A DNA stretch of 64,000 nt, from positions 1-64,000 of the forward strand of contig NW_024705185.1 in NCBI RefSeq assembly GCF_018977255.1, written 5' to 3'. The position numbers and the translations under genes are program-made. This DNA comes from Callorhinchus milii. Its lineage: Eukaryota. Below, in pieces: positions 37,001-48,700 of this stretch. Positions within the stretch are counted from its first letter, which is position 1, and the number at the start of each line of letters is the position of its first letter. The notes below the pieces were generated by a model, which did no database searches, had not been told where the DNA came from, and saw only the letters and a list, made by a program, of their open reading frames with translations.

Positions 37001-40000
37001 GCGAGGGCAGCAAGGACGGACCCTTTGAGTCGGCCGACCCCCCACATGTTTGGCCACGCGTGTGTGGAGTGGGGCCTCGCACCGCAACGAATGGTTTTAG
37101 TCTCGAGGGGTGCACAAACCACCGGCGCTTCCCCCATTTGATGCGAACACACTGAGGCCGCAGAACCTCGACCACCTCTACAGGACCCCTCCACGGCCGC
37201 GCCAGTTTAGGGGATGTTGCGAGTGGTACCTGGGGGCAGTGCAGCCATGCCCTGTCCCCCGGCTTCCACTGCAGCACGTGCGCGCGACCCAGTCTGAGGC
37301 GCTCATTTGCTTTTTGACGCTGTTCGAATTTAGCATGGCAGCATCCCGTGCCTCAGTCAATTTTTCAAGGTTGAATTTGACATGGTCAATTAATTTTGTT
37401 TTACCCAGTGGTGTGGGGATCTGCAGCTGCGCCCGAATGGGTGGGTCAGGGTCGCGCCCATACATGAGGAAGAATGGTGAAAATCCCGTTGCAGCATGGG
37501 GGGCCAATCTGTATGCTGCCAAGACCCCTTGGATTTTCAAGTCCCAATCAGTCTGTGAGTCCGAAACCTGCTGTGATAACATAGACGAGATGGTGCGATG
37601 CAGACGCTCGACCATCCCGTCAGTTTGCGGGTGATAGGGGGAAGTACGAATCTTTTTCGTTCCTAGGAGCTCACAAACCTGTTGGAGGAGTTTTCCGGAA
37701 AAATTTCTACCCTGGTCGGTCAGCAGCCGCTCCGGGGCACCTTTGTCCATGACATAGCCTTGGACAAAGGCGTCGACGATGGCTGCTGCCGACTGATTGG
37801 CCAGGGGCCAGGCCATAGGCCAGCGCGTAAAGTACTCGACCCCGGTTAACAAATATCTATTTCCCCTAGGGGTGGCGGGGAATGGGCCCAGAATATCCAG
37901 CGCGACAAGTTCGTTTACTCTGGAGACCCTGATAGACTGCAAGGGCGGGTTTGATTCTCGTGCTGGTGGTTTTCGCTGTGCACACCGCGGGCATGAAGCC
38001 AACAGATCTGAGACATCCCTTGTCATGCCTTGCCAAAAGAAATCACGCTGGAGCAAGGCGAGGGTCTTTTGGGTACCCAGGTGGAGGAGGCGCTCATGAG
38101 CAGCCCACACCACCCTACCCCGTAAGCCCGAAGGGACCACCAGCCGGTGTCGGTGGGATTTTCCGTCCCAGTGCAACAGCAACCCCGCGTGCATTTCCCA
38201 TGCGTCGGCATCACCCGATCCCCGCCCTGCCTCCCCGGCGCGACGACGCAACGCGAGGAGGGAGGTATCCTCCATCTGGAGGCGCCCCCATTCCTGAATG
38301 TGCAAACCCAGCAGGGAATCTTTCCCTTGTTGTTCAATAGAATTCTGAACAACTGTCCCGCCGTCGGCGGCGGCCGCAAGGCCCGGAACCGACACGTCCC
38401 CTGCTGGCTTGCAACGTCCCGACCCCAGGAGGCACGCACATTCCGAGGTGGTTGGCATGCGCGACAGAGCGTCCGCGTTGGTGTGGCGAACGCCCTTACG
38501 GTATGTGGTGTCGAAATCAAAATCCTGGAGGATCTCCAACCATCGGGACAATTGTCCCGATGGCTGTTGAACTCGCAGGGCGTACTGCAGTGCCGCATGA
38601 TCTGTGCGGACGGTGAAACGCCGACCGTACAGATATGGGCGATACTGTTGGATGAAATAGACAATTGCCAACAGTTCTCTGCGGGTGACACAATATCTTT
38701 GCTCTGCTTGAGACAACACCCGACTGCCGTACGCAACCACCCGTTCGACGCCGTCAACCACCTGGGAAAGCACGCCCCCAATACCCGTGTTGCTCGCATC
38801 GGTGTCGAGCAGAAACGGCTTTGAAAAATCGGGGTAGATCAAGGGAGGAGCTTTTACCAAGGCGTCCCGAAGGGAGCAAAAAGCAGCCTCCTCCTCTTGA
38901 CCCCAGTGGAACCGAACCCCTTTGATGTTAATGCGTGTAGGGGTTTGGCAATTGTTGCAAAGTCGGCGACGAACCGTCTGTAATATGACGCGAAGCCGAC
39001 GAAACTCCTGACCTCTCCCACCGAGGTGGGAGTCGGCCAGGAGCTGACACACTGCGTTTTGGCGGGATCGGTAGCAATACCCGAGCGCCCTACGATGTGG
39101 CCCAAATAACGCACGGAATCGCGTAACAAATGACACTTTTGGGGCTTGAACTTCAAATTAGCAGCCCGCATCTTTAGGAAAACCGCCCGCAACCTCTGGA
39201 GATGTTCGTCAAAAGTTTTAGCGAAGACAATAACATCATCCAAATAAATCAGGCACGACTCCCATTGCAATCCAGCCAAAACCAATTCCATCAAACGTTG
39301 GAAGGTTGCCGGCGCTGAGTGTAAGCCCATCGGCAACCGGTTGAATTGGAACAGGCCGTGCGGTGTACGGAAAGCAGTTTTAGGTTTCGATTCATCATCC
39401 AGAGGAAGCTGCCAGAATCCCGAAAGTAAATCCAGCGTGGAGAAGAATCGCGCTCCCGCCAAGGCGTCCAGCGATTCGTCCATCCGTGGGAGCGGGTATG
39501 CGTCGGCAACCGAAATTTTGTTAAGGCGCCGAAAATCAACGCAAAACCGCAACGAGCCGTCCTGCTTTTTAACCAGGACGATCGGCGCTCCCCAAGGGCT
39601 GGTAGAGGGAGAAATAATGTCGGCGGCTAACATGTCATCACAGCCAATTTGACATGGTCCTTTTCGGCGGGACTCAACCGAAACGGATTTTGGCGAATTG
39701 GCGCGCTGTCACCCGTGTCAATATGGTGACGCAGCAGATGAGTACAACCCAAATCGTATTTATTCCGACTAAAAACGTCGGAAAATTCCTGCAGTAGCGA
39801 TCTAAGCTGTTGGCGCTCTGAATTTGACAGGTCCGTCGATCCCGCACAAAGCGCGTCGAGCCACCCGTCATCGCTGTCCGAATGTGGGTGCAGTCGGGTG
39901 GCGGTGCCGACATGATTCGCAACCGGTTCCTCGCAGGGCATCGGCGTCGCGTGCGCAAGCACCGTCCCTCGAGGAACTACAACAGGTTGCGATCCCACAT

Positions 40001-43000
40001 TGAGGACCGCGATGAAAGGGTCCCCATCTCCCCTCACGACGGTCAGGGCCGGAATCAAATGCGGTCCACTAACCCCGGCCCTAGACGGTCCCAACAGGAT
40101 TCCCTGGGCCCCGATGCCCTCTGCGAAGGGCCGACGAAGTTTTAGAGGCACTAACATCTGAGCTCCCGGCGGCACACGAACCGTTTCAACGACGGACGCT
40201 GGTATAGTTACGAACGCCGTCCGAATCACAGAAGGGGAGGGTAAAAACGCCATGCGCCGTCCCGACGGGAGCTCAATGCATCCCTGGTCTATTAAAATAC
40301 GGATCGGCATTTTACCCAAGAAGTCCGTCCCCAGCAGGCACGGAACCGCCAGCGAGGAGGAAACAAAAATCGGGCCTGATAATTTGATATCCCCGATACA
40401 AATTTGCGCTCGAATCTGTCCAATGATGCCAAGGGAGCCCCCGTTCGCCGCATAGAATGGGACATTAACTGGCAGTAAGGGACGGCTTTGGACAGGTAAA
40501 ATGTTGTAAATCAATTCGGAAATAATGGTCGCCGATGCCCCCGTGTCAACCAGGATGCGTACCTCAACCCCGTCAATATGTCCCACGACGGCCGACGACC
40601 CTGACGATGCGGCCACAACGCGATGGGCCAACGCGGACCACTGCCCGGGCTCGATTCGAGTCCCCACAGTGGTACGCGCCGGCCCGTCGCGATGCAACGT
40701 CGTCCCCCCATTCGTTGCGATGCGAGAGTGTGCGACAGGTGTGTGTGTTGGCCAAACATGTGTGGTGTCGCGACTCGCCGGATCATGTTGATGGAGCTTG
40801 GGAGGAGGAGGAGGCCCGGCGTCCTGGCGAGGCGTCGTCCCGCGCTGTCGGGAGAGCGGCACCCCGAGGCGACATGGCCCCGGACGCCGCAGTTGAAGCA
40901 GCGCGGGAGCGCCGGCGGCGATGACGGACGGTCGAAGCGGCTCGACCCATCCCGGCCCGGCCGTGCTCCCGTCCCCTGCTGCCGACGATGGTTGACGGCG
41001 AAGACCTCCTCCGCCGGGAGGGTGGCTGCCGCCACCGCACGCCCAGCCGCTGCCCTGCTGGCCTTCCGCCGCTGCGACAGCAGGTTGGCGTGGAGGAGTC
41101 GCGCCGCTTGTAGAGAAGTCATCTCTGTATCCTCCTGTGCCACGACGGCGATGTCCAGGTCGTCTGCCAGCAGGAGGATTTTCTCAGTCACCATGGCGTC
41201 GACCCCGTCCTCGTCCATGCGAGGAAAGGCTGTCTTGGCCAACGCCAGGAGACTTGTTCTGTATGCCAGCGGCGACTCCTTCGCGCCCCGCTGGCGGTCG
41301 TAGAACTGCTGCCTACACTCCGCGGAAGGCCCGTAGACCCCGGCCAGCAGCTGCAGCGCCATCGGTAGCGTAGAGCGCTTCTCCTTCGGCGCCGATGTGA
41401 GGGCGGCGAGCGCGTCGCCGTCGAGGAGCGCCGGCAGCGCGCAGAGAGCTTCAGCATCTGTCCATTTGGCCATTTCTTGGTGGGCGAGGAAGCGTCTCTG
41501 GAAGCCGCCCCAGTCGCCCTCTGCGCCCACAAATTCTTTAAGCGGAGGCAGTCTTTGGTGCAGCGCAGCGGTTGCCGTGGAGTCCCGCGGGCTGCTGTCT
41601 CCCCGACTCGGCTGTGTCTCGGCGCGAACGGCAGATGGTATCGCCTGTCGCAGCCTTGATGACGCGCCCTCCTCCGTCGTTGACGCGGCAGCCCCAGCGC
41701 GGCCGATGTCGGACCCGAGGTTGAGGTTGGCCACGCCCCTAGCGGTCGCCGCGTCGATGGCGGGAAATTCAAAGTTTGAATCTTCGGAAATGGCGGGAAG
41801 GCGCTCCGGACGCCGGCTCCCCTCGCCCCGCGGTGGACCACCAGCCCCCAGCCGCGTGATGTTTTCCAGCGTGGCGGCAGCGGCGTAGAGCAGTTCAGCC
41901 AGCCTCTCGTGAGCCAGCCTCAGCTCGTCTGTCCGCGGCTCCTCTTCATGCCGACGCTCCGGTAAGAACGCGTCCGGCCCCGGCTGCACGTTGTCTTGTT
42001 GAGCCATCTCGGGCTCGACAATTTCGGCGGCGTCTTCCATTTGTTGTACTTTGGCTCGAGCTGATTGGCGCGTGTCCATGTTCGTGGTTCTTCTGACGCC
42101 AGATGAAGTACTCTTGAAGACGCTTGGACACCGTAGTAAGGCACACGTATTTATTTACACAATGTCGTACAGCACTGGAGGGGTGTATCGGCCCCCTCAC
42201 CCGTATAACTGGGAATTCACCTCTAGCTAGCCTTCCTAGCCGAGTCCTCCACTAACGGGCTAGGGGAGGCTGTCTGGCCCGACACTGGTCAGTCGGGCTA
42301 CGGTACCCGGAATCCCAGAGGACTAACTCTGGTTCCGGGACCACGCCACTGGCTCCAGCCTGCGCTGCCCTTACAAGGGCGGCGTCCCAGGGGGAGTCCA
42401 GGGCCTATCTGGCCGGTCTTCCGTCTTCCCTTAATTACTCTAAGACTCAACCCCGAGCTCTCTGGCTCATCCCTTTTTATACCCCCCTAGAGGATCGAAA
42501 CCCCCCTCACGCCGTCCAGTGCGGACGTCGTTGCGGGCACCACCCCGTGTACTCACGGAGTCCCCGCCCACTGTGTTTGTTATCCGTTAGCTCCTATGCA
42601 AACAGCCCTACACAAACAGCCCCTCTGTAACAGCCCTACACTTGGATTCGTTAAGGCTAAAATGTCATGTCCCTGCAATTGTTTTTTCGTGTGGAGTTCT
42701 TTTGCATATAACATCTGTAACCAAGCAGCATTTGTTTAACAAGCCTTGCGCTGCTGATGAGAACTATAAGATCAAAACCCATCCAGAGTTTGCTCACTTA
42801 AACAAATGTTGATGGGATAATATTAGTCTGGAAAGCCACAGGTTTTTACTATAATTTTATTGAATTTTCCAGGTAGGGCACACTGAGCTATATATGTATA
42901 GCAGCCAAATACTCTAAACGCAGCTTGCCCCAACTTTCTCTTAATGCTTTAGGACAGTGGTTCTTAACCTGGGGTCCACACAACCCCTGGGGATGCGAGA

Positions 43001-45684
43001 TGCCCTTTTTGAGAACTAATGGGGGGGGGGGGCAGGCTGTAGCAAAGGTTAAGAACCACTGCTTTGGGATAATATTTGTATTTGTGTGTACGTGAATATA
43101 TACAGGTATTCATCGACTTACGAAGGTTTGCTTTTGCGAAAGTTCGCGTTGAAGCAATTGGCAAACTGTGGGCACTTTTCAATGAATTAAATCGAATTTC
43201 TGCATTAGTTAAATTTCACTACGTCCACGTGCCATGAGATCGTCATCCAACAGTAAGCACCCGTGACAGGGTCACGGTGTCTCTGCAGTGCAGCAGCAAC
43301 ACCTGCACATCACCTTTCCAGTCATTTCAACACGCAGCAGATTTTTTTGTAATTTCCTTGAAAAGATTAATACTTTTAGTTTTAATTAATTATTCAGTTG
43401 TTTTCATATTGGAAACGAAATGATGGGTCGTCAACAGAATTCCTAGTGTTGTATATTTTGCAATGAAAAAAAAAGAAATATGATTTTTTTTTAAATATGT
43501 AAATGTATGTAATTTCGTATTATTAACTAAACATGTGCTTTAAGTGTAATTAGCATGTGTGAGTTCAACATTAATGATTAATGTGTATGTGAGGCTTTGT
43601 GTGTGTTTTATGTGTTGTGTCGGGGTATGAATGTGTGCCAAACAACCCCCTAACTCTTCATTGGTACCGGACGGTAACGCTGTGGTGAGCAGTGCCGTGG
43701 GGAGAGGGTCAATTTAGAGTGGCCATTCCCCTCATGGCATTTGTAGCCACCATAGCAGCCAAATGGTGGCTCTGGACAGGTGCAAGGTGCTGGCATCCCC
43801 TACACCTTCAAATAAATTATCACAATACCACCGAATAAAAATCGAATGAAGCTTGTGCCGGAGGCCCCGGGGAGACAGGTGTCCATGACATTTCCTGGCC
43901 AAACCCCATTTGGCGGAACCAGGAGACTGAATCCTTACCCTTGGGGTTCCTCTAGATACAGCAAAAAACTACTGCGGTGGCCACGTGGAATGTTCGAACG
44001 CTCACTGCGGAGGAGAGGCTGTCACTCCTCTGTTGGGAGCTGGACCGCTACCGCCTGGATCTCTGTGGTCTTCAGGTGGTCCGGTGGACCGGCTCTGGCT
44101 CCTGCCACCATGAGGGGTGGACAGTCCTTTACTCAGGGCAAGAGACTGCCAAACAGTACTATGCATGACAAAGGTTTATAACGGTAAATGCTAGGTAGAG
44201 CGCTTTATTAATATAGAATACTCTCGATGATTCCAATTTTACACGCTTTCTTTGAACTCACTCTGTCTGTTGTTGTTGTCGTTGTTGTCGTCGTATACTC
44301 AAATCTTGTAACTCAATTTTAACCCACTTACCAATGTGGTATCGACTCAAACTTGGTATACATATGTCATACTGAAGACAACACTATATTCTATTATTAA
44401 AAATATATATAAGCTATATTTTTTATATGTTATGTTTCGGCTTGGGTCTAATTGTCCACACTCAACTAACGTTGGCTGTAATTGCCCACGGCCCCTTACG
44501 TTATGGCAAGCTTTGGGGCCACTTCTTGGAGTCGTGGAGTTCTGCCATTACTAGCACATTTAATAAAAGCGTGTTTAAAAACTGTTTTTAAAAATATTAC
44601 TTATTAAATGGAAGCCACGGACTGCGCCACGGAGCTTTTAGCGGTAAACAAGGTAACGTATTTACCGGGTAATACTTCGCGCTACCTTTACCCTACCGGG
44701 TAATTCTTCCGAGCTACCGTTACCCTACCCTTTACCATACCCCTTGGCATGTCGACATCTTTACCGTTTACCTTTACCCTTTTACCCGGTAAAAAGGGTA
44801 AATTACCTTACCTTGCCGAGGCCTATCTCTACATACGTGTCACCCAATGCTCGCCTCATAACAAGCCACAGAATCTAGCACCACAAAGATGCTGAAGATG
44901 CAATGGTCTCTGTGAAATTAGTGCCACGTAATACATCGATCTTCAATAGGTACCCGGATGCAATATGAACTTATTTTCTTTTTCTGTAAGCAAATCAGAG
45001 GCAATTTTTATTATCGGCTCAGCTTTGCAAATCAAGAAGACGAATATGCAGTCTATTTCTGTCGTTGGTGCACTGGTGCCTATGTCTGAGTCTGCGATGA
45101 TAATTCGGGTAATGTTTGACAAAAATCTTAATCTCAAATGCCATGTAAAACAAAAAAACATCTGCCACAATTGTAACGACCACATCCGGGCACTCCGTCA
45201 CGTGCGACCGGTATTGGACAAAGAGACCGCGAGGTCACTCGCTTGTAGTATGGTTACAGCGTTTGGAGCGGTTTTGCCGGATCAGCCCGGGACCGTCGGA
45301 TAATGTTGGAAGCCGGATAATCGATGATCAACTGTATATACATAAGGCACTTTGAGGTGTTGATGGATTAAAGAAACGCCACTTACATGCACACCCTCAA
45401 TCCTTAATGATTACAGTGACACCTCTCGAAGACGAACTCCGGGGTAAGCCGGATATTGGGCAAAAAGATAGCGAGGTTCTCTGGAATATACCACCACCAT
45501 GAGGGAGCGAGTGGTGTCATCCGTTGTCTCCACGTGTGTGCGCGTGCAGATCATCATGAGGATGTTCAACGACAAGCTGAATGACATCCAGAAACACACG
45601 GATGAGAACATAAGGGAGATCCAGAAGACTCACCAGAAGGAGATGGACAGTGTGAAGAATAAATCAAAGTGCGTGATCTGTTGA
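31040..45684 (+). CDS. Guanylate-binding protein (GBP family), C-terminal helical part only; exons 31040-31246, 32947-33049, 35135-35238, 45550-45684
   Basis: FMQPGGYQKYEAAMQELDEEY...GLGDE and IRIVDKALTQAQQEE resemble the GBP helical domain (F.KPGGY motif; D..LT motif). Phases 0-0-1-0 join in frame with GT-AG sites. Ends KSKCVIC*, a CaaX prenylation motif. No GTPase exons found. Confidence 0.8.
31420..31870. repeat. Old interspersed repeat family (probable Penelope terminal repeat); other copies ~33375-33925, ~48000-48220, ~51215-51500, ~61890-62090
   Basis: Shared TGATTGGCTGTGTC..GTGGTGGCGGG..ATTTATATTTACGCGATCTAACC core, terminal GGTCGCGAAAGCCT, and degenerate hammerhead-like segments. Confidence 0.65.
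32105..32400 (-). mobile_element. tRNA-derived SINE; related fragments at ~5610-5800, ~7190-7355, ~11425-11470
   Basis: Minus-strand head GCCACGGTGGCTATGAGAAG...GGGTTCCAACCC with box A/B-like motifs; body TTTTCAGAAGCGACCTGGCCA shared among copies. Confidence 0.55.
33437..33663. mobile_element. hAT-type MITE nested in the older repeat
   Basis: TAGGGCCGAATTAA...TTAATCCGGCCCTG ends; perfect 8-bp TSD CCGCCACC. Confidence 0.75.
34047..34312 (+). mobile_element. Fold-back Penelope-derived insertion with TSD
   Basis: TTTCGGTAAAATCACGTAGA...TCTACGTGACTTTACCGAAA inverted arms, terminus CTGCAGTGACGAAAGCTTTAA, TSD TTATTTTGTCAT at 34047-34058 and 34301-34312. Confidence 0.75.
34477..35017 (+). mobile_element. 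Internally deleted Tc1/mariner-superfamily element
   Basis: Starts TA-CAGGGTG; GGACCCAATT/AATTGGGTCC inverted ends; remnant MATPQHKAFCVLQISNTESVIVVQRAF resembles a transposase N-terminal HTH. Confidence 0.55.
35919..42640 (-). mobile_element. Full-length Ty3/Gypsy LTR retrotransposon (copy A) in a GBP intron, antisense
   Basis: 537-bp LTRs 42104-42640 (5') and 35919-36455 (3') with TG...CA; TSD CTTG on both sides; PBS TGGCGTCAGAAG (42090-42101, tRNA-Leu-like); PPT 36456-36466; domain order gag-PR-RT-RH-IN. Confidence 0.97.
36678..42079 (-). CDS. Gag-Pol polyprotein of Gypsy copy A (broken by frameshifts)
   Basis: CCHC knuckle CFNCGVRGHVASGC, protease LVDTGAS, RT YLDD, RNase H DTDASN, integrase HHCC and DDE (LLTDQG...GMVER), GPY/F-like KLARPWRGP. 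Confidence 0.9.
42955..43061. mobile_element. Small hAT MITE
   Basis: TIRs CAGTGGTTCTTAACCT...AGGTTAAGAACCACTG; TSD CTTTAGGA/CTTTGGGA. Confidence 0.75.
43975..44165 (+). mobile_element. LINE (RTE-like) endonuclease fragment
   Basis: ATWNVRTL...ELDRYRLDLCGLQVVRWTGSG matches the N-terminus of LINE apurinic endonuclease domains. Confidence 0.65.
44960..45255 (+). mobile_element. Degenerate L2/CR1-type LINE fragment
   Basis: VSKSEAIFI...VMFDKNLNLKCHV...HIRALRHVRPVLDKETARSL resembles the region after LINE RT domains. Confidence 0.55.
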
Positions 45685-45709
45685 CAGCAGTTCTCCTGCT
45701 GTGTTGGTC

Positions 45710-45752
45710 TCACCTGATAACGGTTGCTTGTGTTGCGATCGAAACGTCGTGA
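45710..45752 (+). ncRNA. Penelope-type hammerhead motif with G8-to-A core change, in the GBP 3' UTR
   Basis: TCAC-CTGATAA-C-GGT(tgcttgtgttgcg)ATC-GAAAC-GTC-GTGA, followed by CGTGACTTTACCGAAAGAACC of the same repeat family. Confidence 0.65.
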
Positions 45753-48700
45753 TCTATTAATTTTCTATCGACGTGACTTTACCGAAAGAACCAGAGTCAT
45801 TTAATATAGCATAATACATACAATCACATGAACATCTGAGTATCACTCCCTCGTTCCTCTTGGCGCAAATTGATGACATAGTGGTGGGAGGACATTTTTG
45901 CAAATCTGACAACTGCTGAGAACGATTGATTAAGGGCGCTTTATAAATTAGTATTTTATTGATGATGATGACGATGGTTGTAACTATCAGGGGAAACATC
46001 TGCACCCCATTGTTAAATGTCATGAGATTACTCTCCGGCAACATATTCGAATGTTGTGCTCAAGGGGTAATACATAAATTGGCCACGTTTGTTCACTTGA
46101 CAACATTATGAATTAGCCGTGTTGGTTGGAGGAGGGTCAACTCATGCAATTTGACGCCAAAAATGTTTTATTTGTGAATGAGGGTTACAAGTGTGTCTCC
46201 ATTTGATCACAATATGGTTATCATATTTCTTGACCGGTAAGTCCTGTTTTCTATTGGCATTTAAGAAGATGAAGGAAAAAAGCAATTGTTTAAAAATGCA
46301 TTGCATAAAAAAATTCTCCCCATATTGATTTTAAGATTTTTTTTCTGGCATTCAAGGCCTTGAATGGACATGCTCCTCCCTACATCCATAACCCGCTTCA
46401 TCCATTATATATTCCATCAAGATCATTAAGATCCTCACATTGTACTTTGCTCACTTTCACCCCGGCCTCCATGCTTCACACGTTGTTTGATCTTAAGCTA
46501 TTTCGCCTTTCCATGCACAGCGCTCCTCAGAACGATTTTTTAAGGCTGCTTTATTCATTATAATTATTATTGATTGTTCCGAGTCCCTTGGCTTGTGGAT
46601 TTTTATAGTTTTGTTACGCTCTGGAAAAGGGACCTATGAAGAGGTGACTGCCAAAAACATGATTATGAGCGTGCTGCTTTAACAATTGAGACTTCTGGAA
46701 GATGTATTATGAACAACCGGTGGTGGTCTTCTGCCCACCGCGTGATTAGTATATCGTTACAGAGAGCCCTCATTCTGGAATATGATCAGAAATGCACGGC
46801 TTTAAGATGGGGAGGGATGTCTTGTGGAAGACGACGGTTAATAGCTGATGATGGGTGGTTCGCCATTCTTAGGATGGTTGTCACGCGGTGGAGCAGGTCA
46901 CAGTGTGTGTGTGTACGTATGCATGTGTGTATGTTGAACTTCTTTCGCACCGTACGTAGCCAACCGTGCTAATCGGAGGTAGTTTTGGTGTACTGTATAG
47001 TAATGTAGTATATAATCGTGTGTGTATTTTGCACTTCTTTCACACCGTGCGTAGCCAACAATCAAAACTATCCAGTCTAACTCCTTTTCTGCTCATGAAG
47101 CAACAAACAATTTAACACTAACACACACAGACAGAGATCCCCCGTATAGACTCAACATACTGTTGGGGCAAGTGCTGTTAGCGAGCACCTATAAAGGCTA
47201 GCACGACACGAGGGGGTGGCTGGCCAGCAGCACGGCCGGCCGCCTTTGTCTCCCCAGTGACGATGTTTACACACAGCACCAGGTCCTCATATGAGGCTGA
47301 GTTGAACTATGGGGAGCCCCAGAACGGGTTCAGATAATGTTCACTGGTGTTGGCTTTGGGTCGGAACCGAAGTCGGGTAAACAGGTTCGTGGTGCGGCGC
47401 GTTAATTGCTATACTACCGTTCCCCACTCAACCACACACACACAACCACACGTACACAAAACACAACACAGCCCAACTTTGACACAGGTTACTTGCTCAA
47501 CTCAAACTCCCGTTGATGGCTCCGTCTTCGCGTGTAAGCAGAACTTCGTGTTCGCTGGATGAGTATGTGCGATTGCTTTCCTGTGAATCATTCGAAAATC
47601 GAGCTGTTGACAGTGATGGCTGTCATCCTGATGAGTTACCCACAGTCCACTCAGTCCACCTTAGAGTCGACTCAAACGGCTTTCTCCGCAACTCAGCCTC
47701 ACGACTTCGTTCAGTCCGTGAAGTACCTGGCACGAATTTTCACGATACATTTACAAGATACTTCTACACATCCATTACTGCTCACGTAATATGGTTTTAC
47801 TCACGAGCAGAGATCCTTTCATATTCCCTTCTTTGATTCGTCCAATTTCTACTAAAATTCATTATTTACAAGAATGTATGTACTAAAATAACCATATATA
47901 TGGTGGCAATTTACCTTATGCTACGGTAAAACTAATACTGCCTAAAGTTACTTAATTACATGTACTGCAATATTATTATTTTTAATTAATTCCAAATTAA
48001 CGGCGAAACGTCGTACTCGAATTGTAAATGCTGTGGGTTTCTGCTCCAAACACACTGGTTAGTGCTGAACTAGTAAGGAATTGGCATGTTTTGTTTACGT
48101 GACAAACCTTTACTGATTGGCTGTGTCTGGTGGTGGCGGGTTTAACGACACATTTATATTTACACGAACGAATCAAAAACCTCGATTATGGATCATTCCT
48201 TTACGACAATCAATATTGGGCAATTACGTGGTCGTCTGAGTATTATTAGCCCGATTATGCTCCGTGCAGCAATGTATCTATTTGTGCCGTCTCCTTAGGC
48301 CAATATATATTAGTTCCATGAGGACTAATAATGAATAACAATTACATTCATATAGCGCTTTTTATAAAGGATCACAAAGTGCTGTAAAGGACGCTGCAGC
48401 GGCAGCAGACACTCAGACGCATAACAAATATCATATTTTAAACACATTTTAAGAATTCATTTACGAAATGAACTTAAGGTTCAATAAGCAGAGGCGTATA
48501 CGTAGGTTTTAGGACGCGTTTAAACGAATGTCCACAGACTCAGAGACTCTGATATCTGGTGGAAGAGAGTTCCATAGCCTGGAGACTACACAGGGACTGG
48601 CTGCAGACGTTCTCGCGTGCTGGTTTGAACAAGGGTCACCTAGTCGCTTTGACGCCTCGCCAATGATATAGGCTTAGAGGCCACTGCAAAGTTAACCTCG

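Noticed and set aside
40525-41888. Long antisense and alternate-frame ORFs within the Gypsy elements
   Set aside because: Expected shadows of GC-rich coding sequence, with no recognisable domains.
44640-44820. Telomeric repeat tract
   Set aside because: Motifs are TTACCC-like in mixed orientation, not tandem TTAGGG.
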